Positions 8,018 to 15,987 of a DNA stretch of 64,000 nt are shown in pieces. This DNA is from Spirochaetia bacterium (lineage in GTDB: Bacteria > Spirochaetota > Spirochaetia > SZUA-6 > Bin103): assembly GCA_965203905.1 (NCBI GenBank), contig CBDBDQ010000005.1, forward strand, positions 7,328,001-7,392,000, read 5' to 3'. The position numbers were made by a program, and so were the translations under genes. The notes below the pieces were generated by a model. That model searched no databases and was not told the DNA's origin. It was given only the letters and a program-made list of their open reading frames with translations. Position 1 is the stretch's first letter, and every line of letters begins with the position of its first letter.

Positions 8018-9790
8018 CTACGCCACCGCGTCGCTGAACACCATCTCCCAGCCGTGGAACACCACTGCCAAACCCGTGAACCGGACGGCCGGGAACTGCC
8101 GCGCCAGGCGCTCGTCCGCCAGGTAGCGCCGCAACTGCGCCGTGGCGTCGCCGGCCGCCGCCGCGACGGCCTCGTCGTCCGCCGGCTCGCCGCGAGCCAA
8201 GTACTTCAACTCGATCAGATAGCCGGTGCGCAGGTGCGGATAGCGCGCCAGCAACGGCTCCAGGCTGATGTCCGCGTGCCCCTTCCCCAGCTCCGCCTCC
8301 GACCGGAACACGTAGTAGCCTGCGACGCTCAAGTAGGCGGCCAGGAATCCCAGCGCCCCGGCACGGGGCGCCATGACCTTCTCCCCGCCGATGTAATCCC
8401 GTATCCCCGTCTGCGCCGCGATCGCCTCGCTCAGGTACTCCAGCACCGGCCGCCACTCGCCCTCGTTGGCCATCCCCAGCATCAGTTGCTCGAACCGGTG
8501 CAGGTCGACCCGGAACACCCCCACGTCCTTGTAGCCGTCGCGCAGGTAGCCGTACATCAGCCGCTTCACCGTCTGGTTCGGGATCGCCAGCGTCGGCGTC
8601 ACCCCCTGCACCTCGCGGATGCTCAGCAGCCCGAAGTAGTGCAGCAGCGACAGGAAGTTCTGCGGCTCGGCGAGCTCGTGCTGCGGAAAGCCGGGCTGGA
8701 TGTCGCTGTCCACCTGTTCCTCACCGATGATCGTCCGCAACAGGTCGAAGTTGCCGTTGAGCTGCCGCCCCACCACCAGCAGGTGGCGCAGCTTGCCGTA
8801 GTCGATGCGCACGTTGGTGTCGATCAGGTACTTCGGCACGCGTCGGTTCGGGATCGACTGGTCCAGGTAGTAGAGCACCATGTCGGTGTTGTAGAGGTCG
8901 GTCTCGGCCTCCTCCGCGAACCGGTAGCCGTTGTACCACTGGCCCATGATGCCCATGGCGGTGGCCACGTCCTGATTGAACACGCCGCAATCCCGGTAGG
9001 TCTCGACCAGGTTCCGCACCTCCGCCTCGGTGAAGCCGACCATCTCGTTGAAGTCGGGGTGCAGGCTGATGTTCTTGCCGATGTTGAAGCCGCTGGTGAC
9101 GTCGTCCATGGTCACCGGCGACACCCCGGTGATGAACAGGCGGTCGATGCCGCCGCCGCTGCGGTCCGTGCCGCCCTTGAGGGTGGCGAAGAAGCTGCGA
9201 AAGAAGCCGCCGCCGTGGGTGAAGGAGTGGTACGCCTCCGCGCCGTGGTGCGCCAGCACGGTGTTGGCGAAGTTGTCGTACTCGTCGATCAGCACGTACA
9301 GCGGAATGCCGTGGTCGCCGACGTAGCGGAACAGCTCTCCCAGCTTCTCGGTGATCGACGACGGTGCGAGGATCTCTCGCAGCGCCGCTTCGGGAAACAG
9401 GTCGGGATGCCGGCGCAGCGTCCCCCGCAGCTCCGTGTGGCAATGCCCCTCGAAGCGTTGCTCCAGGGTCTCCAGCTTGTCGCTTACCATCGAGAAGTTG
9501 AAGCGCAGGGTGACGTAGCGGCTGCGTTCCTCCGTCGGATCCCGACCGATGTCGGTGCCACCAAATGTGGCGTCGAAGTCGTCCGCCCAGAAGCGGTCGT
9601 AGTAGTTCTCCAGCAGCGACACCCACAGCGTCTTGCCGAACCGCCGCGGGCGGATCAGGAAGGCGTAGTGCTCCTGCTCCAGACGCCGCAGGAAGCGGGT
9701 CTTGTCCACGTACAGCCAGCGGTTCAGGCGAATGCGCCGGAAGTCGCCTTGACCGTAGGGAATGTGCGGATAAGCGGGAGTCTCGTCCAC
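8018..9790 (-). CDS. AAA-ATPase-like + C-terminal PD-(D/E)XK nuclease protein (AAA-ATPase_like/PDDEXK_9 architecture), copy 1
   Basis: 'YVDKT', Walker A RPRRFGKT, Walker B VLIDEYD, 'FITGV', 'WYNGYRF', nuclease 'GHADI...LIELKY'; GTG start equivalent to the ATG of copy 2. Confidence 0.9.
   Translation of the reverse strand: MDETPAYPHIPYGQGDFRRIRLNRWLYVDKTRFLRRLEQEHYAFLIRPRRFGKTLWVSLLENYYDRFWADDFDATFGGTDIGRDPTEERSRYVTLRFNFSMVSDKLETLEQRFEGHCHTELRGTLRRHPDLFPEAALREILAPSSITEKLGELFRYVGDHGIPLYVLIDEYDNFANTVLAHHGAEAYHSFTHGGGFFRSFFATLKGGTDRSGGGIDRLFITGVSPVTMDDVTSGFNIGKNISLHPDFNEMVGFTEAEVRNLVETYRDCGVFNQDVATAMGIMGQWYNGYRFAEEAETDLYNTDMVLYYLDQSIPNRRVPKYLIDTNVRIDYGKLRHLLVVGRQLNGNFDLLRTIIGEEQVDSDIQPGFPQHELAEPQNFLSLLHYFGLLSIREVQGVTPTLAIPNQTVKRLMYGYLRDGYKDVGVFRVDLHRFEQLMLGMANEGEWRPVLEYLSEAIAAQTGIRDYIGGEKVMAPRAGALGFLAAYLSVAGYYVFRSEAELGKGHADISLEPLLARYPHLRTGYLIELKYLARGEPADDEAVAAAAGDATAQLRRYLADERLARQFPAVRFTGLAVVFHGWEMVFSDAVA
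8353..8371. repeat. Intragenic perfect hairpin GCGCCCCG-GCA-CGGGGCGC (in-frame insertion encoding APRAGAL)
   Basis: 8-bp perfect stem; absent from the homologous fragment at 19480-19520. Confidence 0.8.
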
Positions 9791-9809
9791 TGAAGACCGT
9801 GCCGACGAC

Positions 9810-9838
9810 ACTCTATCGCCCGCGCGACGGCCCCTCAA
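9810..9838 (-). promoter_or_regulatory. Putative sigma70 promoter inside repeat copy 1
   Basis: TTGAGG-17 nt-TAGAGT on the minus strand, conserved in copy 2. Confidence 0.55.
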
Positions 9839-9879
9839 GCAGCGAACGGCCGCTCGGCGGCCCGCTCACTGGCGGCACG

Positions 9880-10062
9880 GTCAAGCCAGCCTGCTTGAGC
9901 ACTTGGCTCAGCGTACCGGCCCTCATGTCGTGCACCAGGATTCCCAGCCACCACCACTATGCCACGCTTGGTAGCGTGTCGCATCACCCGGTGGCTGCCC
10001 CGGCGACGAACCTCGTACCGACCGTCCTCGTGCAACTGCCTAAACACCTCCGCGCTACGTAC
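9880..10062 (-). pseudogene. hicA: Frameshifted HicA-family toxin
   Basis: VRSAEVFRQLHEDGRYEVRRRGSHRVMRH..KRGIVVVAG continues in a shifted frame as HDMRAGTLSQVLKQAGL; no proper start, no hicB. Confidence 0.8.
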
Positions 10063-10160
10063 GCCTCGCCTCAGTGGCGCCTCCGTCCGGCGTCACGACT
10101 GAAAGCGGGCCGGCGTCGTGGGCACCGCCCGGCACAGGGGACCTATGAACCTTGCTACCG

Positions 10161-10183
10161 AAAAGGACCGCCTGTAGGCGGTC
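10161..10183 (-). terminator. Putative intrinsic terminator
   Basis: Stem GACCGCCT/AGGCGGTC followed by CTTTT on the minus strand, downstream of the protease operon. Confidence 0.55.
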
Positions 10184-10327
10184 TAATCGGCGTCGCTGGC
10201 ATCGTCAAACGAATCCAGGTCGATGGTCTCGTCGCCTCTGGCTAACGTCACCCCATCGCTGTGCCCTATCAGCTCGAACCCGAGGGTCAGGGCACGCCTC
10301 TGAAGCATGTCCACGTAGTGTTTTGGC

Positions 10328-10837
10328 TCATGCTCCCTTGTCGGTATTGGGGGCTCTGGCTTTACCCTTTCTTACCCTAATTGCGTTCGGCGGCACATGC
10401 TTGGTGAAGTCCACTTCTGAATCGGACGGATATTGGAATGACACGACTGATCGACCATGCTTATGGGTGACGGCGAATCCGCTTTCCCTGATGATGTCCA
10501 TGCCAATCAGCATGTCATCTTCCATGATGCCGTCCATCACCTCGACTGCCTCAAAAAGCACTTCGTTCGGGAGTCGGATATTCACGGTGTAGAGATTCGC
10601 TTCCCGCGTTCCGTTCACCGTGTGCTGGATCTCTTGGTCAGTAGGCTGGAGATCCAACTTCTCCACGACCTGTTCGGAAATAACCGAAACCACGGCCCCG
10701 GTGGCCCAGACGGCCATGAACGGAAGATATGTCGGGGGGCTCCCCTCAGGCGGGCGCGGGGCTGCGATCTCCGCTTGGATCTCGAGAGTCCACTTGCGCT
10801 CCTTCGACCGCTCGGTGCACGATCTTACCGTAATCAT
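10328..10837 (-). CDS. Retropepsin-like (clan AA) aspartyl protease with catalytic Asp replaced by Ala
   Basis: 'AVWATGAVVSVIS' (canonical WDTGA) and 'DMLIGMDII'; ATGA overlap with the upstream gene. Confidence 0.8.
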   Translation of the reverse strand: MITVRSCTERSKERKWTLEIQAEIAAPRPPEGSPPTYLPFMAVWATGAVVSVISEQVVEKLDLQPTDQEIQHTVNGTREANLYTVNIRLPNEVLFEAVEVMDGIMEDDMLIGMDIIRESGFAVTHKHGRSVVSFQYPSDSEVDFTKHVPPNAIRVRKGKARAPNTDKGA

Positions 10838-11097
10838 TCAACGCGCAGTCTGCCGGAACGGAAGATTGCAGGGCGTTCTTCGTCTTTGCGGAGGCACTGC
10901 CGGATCAGGAAGATCGAATCGTCCGAGAAGTTTCTGACCGCGTGGAAGTATGCCTCCTTTCGGTCCGGGAAGAATCCAACGAAGTCCCCGCAGGCCAGCA
11001 GGTACTGGAGGTGGTGGTGACGGAGGTACTCCTCGCGCTCGGCCTCGATGCGGTCATTGAGCCGTCTGAGCTCCTTGATAGTTGCCGTGTCTGGCAT
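10834..11097 (-). CDS. Small hypothetical protein (DUF5678-like partner of the aspartyl protease)
   Basis: 87 aa, AGGAG RBS, translationally coupled; 'YLL...DFVGFF....EAY..AV..F' pattern. Confidence 0.65.
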   Translation of the reverse strand: MPDTATIKELRRLNDRIEAEREEYLRHHHLQYLLACGDFVGFFPDRKEAYFHAVRNFSDDSIFLIRQCLRKDEERPAIFRSGRLRVE

Positions 11098-11159
11098 GTG
11101 CTCTCTCTCCTGCAGGGCTGCTGGATGGTGGGTGTAGGGTAGCCGCTGCACCATCCGAC

Positions 11160-11198
11160 AAGTTATCCACAGGGTGGCAGACTGTCAAATCCCTTGAC
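11160..11198 (-). promoter_or_regulatory. Putative sigma70 promoter with overlapping DnaA-box consensus and inverted repeat
   Basis: TTGACA(11183-11188)-17 nt-TAACTT; TTATCCACA at 11163-11171; GTCAA-N5-TTGAC at 11184-11198. Confidence 0.55.
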
Positions 11199-11303
11199 GT
11201 TCAGCCGCGTGAGCGCGGCGACAGGTCCGGCGGCGAGGTTTACGCCCAAGGCGCATGGACGCGGGCCGCCGCCTGGGCTGCGCACGTCGGTTCGGTCGTT
11301 GCG

Positions 11304-13076
11304 CTACGCCACCGCGTCGCTGAACACCATCTCCCAGCCGTGGAACACCACCGCCAGACCCGTGAACCGCACCTCTGGGAACTGCCGCGCCAGGCGCTCG
11401 TCCGCCAGGTAGCGCCGCAACTGCGCCGTGGCGTCGCCGGCCGCCGCCGCGACGGCCTCGTCGTCCGCCGGCTCGCCGCGAGCCAAGTACTTCAACTCGA
11501 TCAGATAGCCGGTGCGCAGGTGCGGATAGCGCGCCAGCAACGGCTCCAGGCTGATGTCCGCGTGCCCCTTCCCCAGCTCCGCCTCCGACCGGAACACGTA
11601 GTAGCCTGCGACGCTCAAGTAGGCGGCCAGGAATCCCAGCGCCCCGGCACGGGGCGCCATGACCTTCTCCCCGCCGATGTAATCCCGTATCCCCGTCTGC
11701 GCCGCGATCGCCTCGCTCAGGTACTCCAGCACCGGCCGCCACTCGCCCTCGTTGGCCATCCCCAGCATCAGTTGCTCGAACCGGTGCAGGTCGACCCGGA
11801 ACACCCCCACGTCCTTGTAGCCGTCGCGCAGGTAGCCGTACATCAGCCGCTTCACCGTCTGGTTCGGGATCGCCAGCGTCGGCGTCACCCCCTGCACCTC
11901 GCGGATGCTCAGCAGCCCGAAGTAGTGCAGCAGCGACAGGAAGTTCTGCGGCTCGGCGAGCTCGTGCTGCGGAAAGCCGGGCTGGATGTCGCTGTCTACC
12001 CGCTCCTCACCGATGACGTTGCGCAGCAGATCGAAGTTGCCGTTCAACTGCCGGCCCACCACCAGCAGGTGGCGCAGCTTGCCGTAGTCGATGCGCACGT
12101 TGGTGTCGATCAGGTACTTCGGCACGCGTCGGTTCGGGATCGACTGGTCCAGGTAGTAGAGCACCATGTCGGTGTTGTAGAGGTCGGTCTCGGCCTCCTC
12201 CGCGAACCGGTAGCCGTTGTACCACTCGCCCATGATACCCATGGCGGTGTCTACGCCCTGATCGAACACGCCGTGGTCCTGGTAGGTTTCCACCAGGCGC
12301 CGTACCTCCGCCTCGGTGAAGCCGACCATCTCGTTGAAGTCGGGGTGCAGGCTGATGTTCTTGCCGATGTTGAAGCCGCTGGTGACGTCGTCCATGGTCA
12401 CCGGCGACACCCCGGTGATGAACAGGCGGTCGATGCCGCCGCCGCTCCGGTCCGTGCCGCCCTTGAGGGTGGCGAAGAAGCTGCGGAAGAAGCCGCCGCC
12501 GTGGGCGAAGGCGTGGTACGCCTCGGCGCCGTGGTGCGCCAGCACGGTGTTGGCGAAGTTGTCGTACTCGTCGATCAGCACGTACAGCGGGATGTCGTGG
12601 TCGGCCGCGTAGCGGAACAGTCGCCCGAGCTTGCCGGTGATCGACGGCGGCGCCAGGATGCGCTGCAACGCAGCCTCGGGAAACAGGTCGGGATGGCGCT
12701 CCAGCGTGCCCTCCAGCTCCGTGTGGCAGTGCATCTCGAATTCCCGCTCCAGCGTTTCGAGCTTGTCGTTGACCGCTGAGAAATCGAAGCGCAGAGTGAC
12801 GTAGCGGCTGCGTTCCTGCGTCGGGTCCTGCCCGATGTCCGTGCCGGCAAAGGTGGCGTCGAAGTCGCCGGCCCAGAAACGGTCGTAGTAGTTCTCCAGC
12901 AGCGACACCCACAGCGTCTTGCCAAACCGCCGCGGGCGAATCAGGAAGGCGTAGTGCTCCTGCTCCAGGCGCCGCAGGAAGCGGGTCTTGTCCACGTACA
13001 GCCAGCGGTTCAGGCGAATGCGCCGGAAGTCGCCTTGGCCGTATGGGATATGTGGGTACGCGGGAGTCTCGTCCAT
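11304..13076 (-). CDS. AAA-ATPase-like + PD-(D/E)XK nuclease protein, copy 2
   Basis: Same motifs as copy 1; ATG at 13076 (the longer ORF in the track is antisense read-through of the RTX gene). Confidence 0.9.
   Translation of the reverse strand: MDETPAYPHIPYGQGDFRRIRLNRWLYVDKTRFLRRLEQEHYAFLIRPRRFGKTLWVSLLENYYDRFWAGDFDATFAGTDIGQDPTQERSRYVTLRFDFSAVNDKLETLEREFEMHCHTELEGTLERHPDLFPEAALQRILAPPSITGKLGRLFRYAADHDIPLYVLIDEYDNFANTVLAHHGAEAYHAFAHGGGFFRSFFATLKGGTDRSGGGIDRLFITGVSPVTMDDVTSGFNIGKNISLHPDFNEMVGFTEAEVRRLVETYQDHGVFDQGVDTAMGIMGEWYNGYRFAEEAETDLYNTDMVLYYLDQSIPNRRVPKYLIDTNVRIDYGKLRHLLVVGRQLNGNFDLLRNVIGEERVDSDIQPGFPQHELAEPQNFLSLLHYFGLLSIREVQGVTPTLAIPNQTVKRLMYGYLRDGYKDVGVFRVDLHRFEQLMLGMANEGEWRPVLEYLSEAIAAQTGIRDYIGGEKVMAPRAGALGFLAAYLSVAGYYVFRSEAELGKGHADISLEPLLARYPHLRTGYLIELKYLARGEPADDEAVAAAAGDATAQLRRYLADERLARQFPEVRFTGLAVVFHGWEMVFSDAVA
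11639..11657. repeat. Intragenic perfect hairpin (APRAGAL insertion), copy 2
   Basis: Identical to 8353-8371. Confidence 0.8.
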
Positions 13077-13095
13077 TGAAGGCCGTGCCGACGAC

Positions 13096-13124
13096 ACTCT
13101 ATCGCCCGCGCGACGGCCCCTCAA
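13096..13124 (-). promoter_or_regulatory. Putative sigma70 promoter inside repeat copy 2
   Basis: TTGAGG-17 nt-TAGAGT. Confidence 0.55.
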
Positions 13125-13385
13125 GGAGCGAACGGCCGCTCGGCGGCCCGCTCGCTTGCGCGCGGCACGGCGCTCCTGCAGTTCCTCGAACCGGGCGCCA
13201 CATCCGCTATGGATGGCCCCCGCACCCCCCCTGGGTCGGCGGCGGGTTGTGTGATCTGTGTCCCCGCCGGCTGCTCCCGGGCGGGCGTAGATCACGTAAT
13301 ATTCTTGGTTTGCTCGCGTTTTGTCACGTTTCGAACACGAAGTTGGGAAATCGCATGCGGTACGCTTGGGGTGGAGGATAACGTA

Positions 13386-15098
13386 ATGCCAGAGACAACA
13401 GGCACTTCGGGCAACGACCAGATCTTCTCCGGCGACGGCGACCAGGAGATCTACGGCGGCGACGGCGACGACTTCATCTACTCCAGGGAGGGCGACGACG
13501 TACTCTACGGCGGCGACGGCAACGACAACGTGTCCGGCAACTGGGGTGACGACGAGGTCTACGGCGGTGCCGGCGAAGACAAAGTTTTTGGCGGGAGGGA
13601 CGACGACGAGGTCTACGGCGGTGCCGGCAACGACTGGGTCTCCGGCGGTCGCGGGAGCGACCGCGTCTACGGCGACGCCGGCGACGACACCGTTCTGGGC
13701 GGCACCGGCAACGACTACGTCTACGGCGGCACCGGCAACGACAAGGTCTACGGCGGCGGCGGCAACGACGAGGTCTACGGCGGCGAGGGGAGGGACACCA
13801 TCACCGGCGGTGAGGGTGACGACGTCCTGTATGGCGACGACCCCGATACGACTCCCGGCGACGGCAAGCCGACATTGCTCGACCGGAAGGGCGTCGTCGA
13901 CGACCAGGTCGGCGCGGACGAGATCTACGGCGGCGACGGTGCCGACACCATCTACGGTGGCATCGGCGCAGACACCATCCGGGGCGGCGGGGGTGCAGAC
14001 ACGATCCATGGCGGGGCAGGTGCAGACACGATCGAAGGTGATGTACTAGTCCTCAACCAGAACGACGCCCCGGCCGCCGACGAAATCTACGGTGGCGAAG
14101 GCGACGACACGATCCGCGCCAACCAAGGCGACGACACGGTCTACGGCGGTGAGGGCGCAGACACCATCTATGGTGGTGCGGGCGCAGACACGATCCATGG
14201 CGGTGACGGCGACGACACCATCTACGGTGGTGCGGGCGCAGACACGATCCGTGGCGATGCCGGCGCAGACACGATTCGTGGCGGTGCCGACGCCGACACC
14301 ATTCGTGGCGGTGCGGGCGCAGACATCATCCATGGCGATGGGGGCACCGACACCATCTATGGCGGTGACGGCGCCGATACGATCCATGGTGGCGAAGGCG
14401 GAGACAAGCTCTACGGTGGCGCCGGCAACGACACGGTGTACTCCGGCGGATACGGGGGCCTGGTCTACGGCGGTGACGGCGACGACACGCTCCACGCCGG
14501 CGGGGGCCGCGCCGGGCTTCAGGGTGACGCGGGCGACGACACGCTCATCGGCGGCGCCGGCGGTGACTCGATGTGGGGCGACAACAAGCTGAAGTACGGC
14601 CCGGCCGGCAACGACACGCTCGACGGCCGCGGCGGCAACGACAACCTCTTTGGCGGCCACGGAGACGACGTGTTGCGCGGTGGCTCCGGCCGTGACAGCC
14701 TCCACGGCGGCACCGGCACCGACACGCTCGACGGCGGTTCGGAGAACGACTGGCTCTACGGCTGGAAGGGCGACGACAGGATCGAGGGCGGCGGCGGCGA
14801 CGACAGCCTCACCGGCGGCGCGGGCGCGGATACGTTCGTGTTCGGTCCCGGACACGGGAACGACACCGTCAAGGACTTCGGCGACGGGGGCGACGTGATC
14901 GACCTCACGGCGCTGAGCGGCATTACCGGTTTCGACGACCTGACCATTACCGCGAGCGGCAACGACACCGTTATCGACTTGCGCGCGAACGGCGGGGGCA
15001 CGATCCGGCTGGAGGGCGTCAACGCCGCTGATCTGGATGCCGGCGACTTCCTGTTCCACGATCCGGCTACGGCGGACTCGGCTCAGGACGCCATGTAG
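13386..15098 (+). CDS. RTX-type (hemolysin-type) calcium-binding repeat protein, probable T1SS substrate
   Basis: GGAGG RBS; dozens of GGxGxDxxx nonapeptides; C-terminal 'GADTFVFG...DF...D.IDL...DFLF' secretion-type domain; no signal peptide. Confidence 0.9.
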   Translation: MPETTGTSGNDQIFSGDGDQEIYGGDGDDFIYSREGDDVLYGGDGNDNVSGNWGDDEVYGGAGEDKVFGGRDDDEVYGGAGNDWVSGGRGSDRVYGDAGDDTVLGGTGNDYVYGGTGNDKVYGGGGNDEVYGGEGRDTITGGEGDDVLYGDDPDTTPGDGKPTLLDRKGVVDDQVGADEIYGGDGADTIYGGIGADTIRGGGGADTIHGGAGADTIEGDVLVLNQNDAPAADEIYGGEGDDTIRANQGDDTVYGGEGADTIYGGAGADTIHGGDGDDTIYGGAGADTIRGDAGADTIRGGADADTIRGGAGADIIHGDGGTDTIYGGDGADTIHGGEGGDKLYGGAGNDTVYSGGYGGLVYGGDGDDTLHAGGGRAGLQGDAGDDTLIGGAGGDSMWGDNKLKYGPAGNDTLDGRGGNDNLFGGHGDDVLRGGSGRDSLHGGTGTDTLDGGSENDWLYGWKGDDRIEGGGGDDSLTGGAGADTFVFGPGHGNDTVKDFGDGGDVIDLTALSGITGFDDLTITASGNDTVIDLRANGGGTIRLEGVNAADLDAGDFLFHDPATADSAQDAM

Positions 15099-15103
15099 GA
15101 CGG

Positions 15104-15133
15104 CCCGCGGGCTAAGCGCCCGCGGGGTAAGCG
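15104..15133. repeat. 15-bp tandem repeat/hairpin between convergent genes
   Basis: CCCGCGGGCTAAGCG CCCGCGGGGTAAGCG; CCCGCGGG is self-complementary, possible terminator. Confidence 0.45.
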
Positions 15134-15195
15134 TATCGCCGCGCAACCCTCGCGCAGGGTCGTGGCGGTACGCACGCCCGCTACGATACGGACAA

Positions 15196-15987
15196 TCAGC
15201 GCGTCTTCTGGACCAGGAGGGTCCTGGGACGCCGTTCCTGTGCCGTCTTGAACAGCGAAAAGGTCTGGTTCACCAAGCTGACGGCACTGGAGATATGTTC
15301 GAGATAGGCATCGAGTTCGGGAGTGCGGGCGGCTTCGATGAGTTGTACCGCACGGTCCTGAGGAACGGTTTCGAATTGGCAGTAGAACAGCGGTTCACCG
15401 CGTGAGAGCCGCAATGGCCGCTCGAGGTCGTGCCACTCGAACGCCCACATCAACGGCCGCGGCCACACGTCGATGGGAAAACGGCCGCCGAAGATGGTGC
15501 CGGGCCAGGGTTCGCGGCGGTAGTGCATGAACGGGGCGATCTGCGACAGGTAGACCGGTTCATCCGCCACGAACACGTACGGAAGGACCACCTGAATCGT
15601 CGGCCGGTCGGCGTAACGCCACTCGACCTCATTGGTGATACTGATTAGGGATTGGAGCTTTCTCTGGCGCACCGGTGAGGCTTCGCCGAGCAGGTTGCGC
15701 AAACCGGGTCTGCCGTTCTCGCCCCGCACGAACGCGAGGTGCAGGTCGAATGGACACTTCACCTCAAAATACCGGCTCTCCAGATTGCGAATCGCAGGGC
15801 ACCGCGAGGCGGACTTCGCATGGTGCCTGTTGACCTCCACCGAGCGCACCCGCGCCGGCGCCCCGTAGACCACGCCCGTGCGTTCGTCCGTCAGCAGCCA
15901 GCCGACTTTGACCGGACCGGAATGCGGGCCGTCGAGCGGCAACGCGTGGGTAACGCGGAACTCCATCGCCTGATTCGCAGCAGCCAT
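15196..15987 (-). CDS. Conserved hypothetical protein, possible dUTPase-like beta-clip fold (DUF6065-like)
   Basis: 'SRCPA', 'PFDL', 'G.F.IDVWPRP', 'L.RGEPLF..QF'; AGGAAG RBS. Confidence 0.6.
   Translation of the reverse strand: MAAANQAMEFRVTHALPLDGPHSGPVKVGWLLTDERTGVVYGAPARVRSVEVNRHHAKSASRCPAIRNLESRYFEVKCPFDLHLAFVRGENGRPGLRNLLGEASPVRQRKLQSLISITNEVEWRYADRPTIQVVLPYVFVADEPVYLSQIAPFMHYRREPWPGTIFGGRFPIDVWPRPLMWAFEWHDLERPLRLSRGEPLFYCQFETVPQDRAVQLIEAARTPELDAYLEHISSAVSLVNQTFSLFKTAQERRPRTLLVQKTR

Larger units (their letters stand above)
7975..9867. repeat. ~1.9 kb direct repeat, copy 1 (promoter + AAA-ATPase/nuclease gene + short tail)
   Basis: Aligns to 11261-13153 at constant offset 3286; identical over 8091-8710. 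Confidence 0.95.
11261..13153. repeat. ~1.9 kb direct repeat, copy 2
   Basis: Aligns to 7975-9867. Confidence 0.95.

Noticed and set aside
10183-10308. 41-aa ORF (MLQRRALTLG...) between the protease and the terminator
   Set aside because: No clear RBS or recognisable motif; cannot be supported as a gene.
11163-11171. Replication origin
   Set aside because: Only one DnaA box, no AT-rich unwinding element and no dnaA/dnaN.
8018-13076. Diversity-generating retroelement TR/VR pair
   Set aside because: In the patches I compared, differences are not adenine-specific (e.g. gtc/gtg, ttg/ctg), both copies are full genes, and no reverse transcriptase is present.
13077-14009. Long N-terminal extension of AAA copy 2 (901-aa ORF)
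   Set aside because: Antisense shadow of the RTX gene; the promoter and the start equivalent to copy 1 place the true start at 13076.
13400-14850. CRISPR-like periodic repeats (27-bp period)
   Set aside because: They are coding RTX nonapeptide repeats with no unique spacers and no cas genes.
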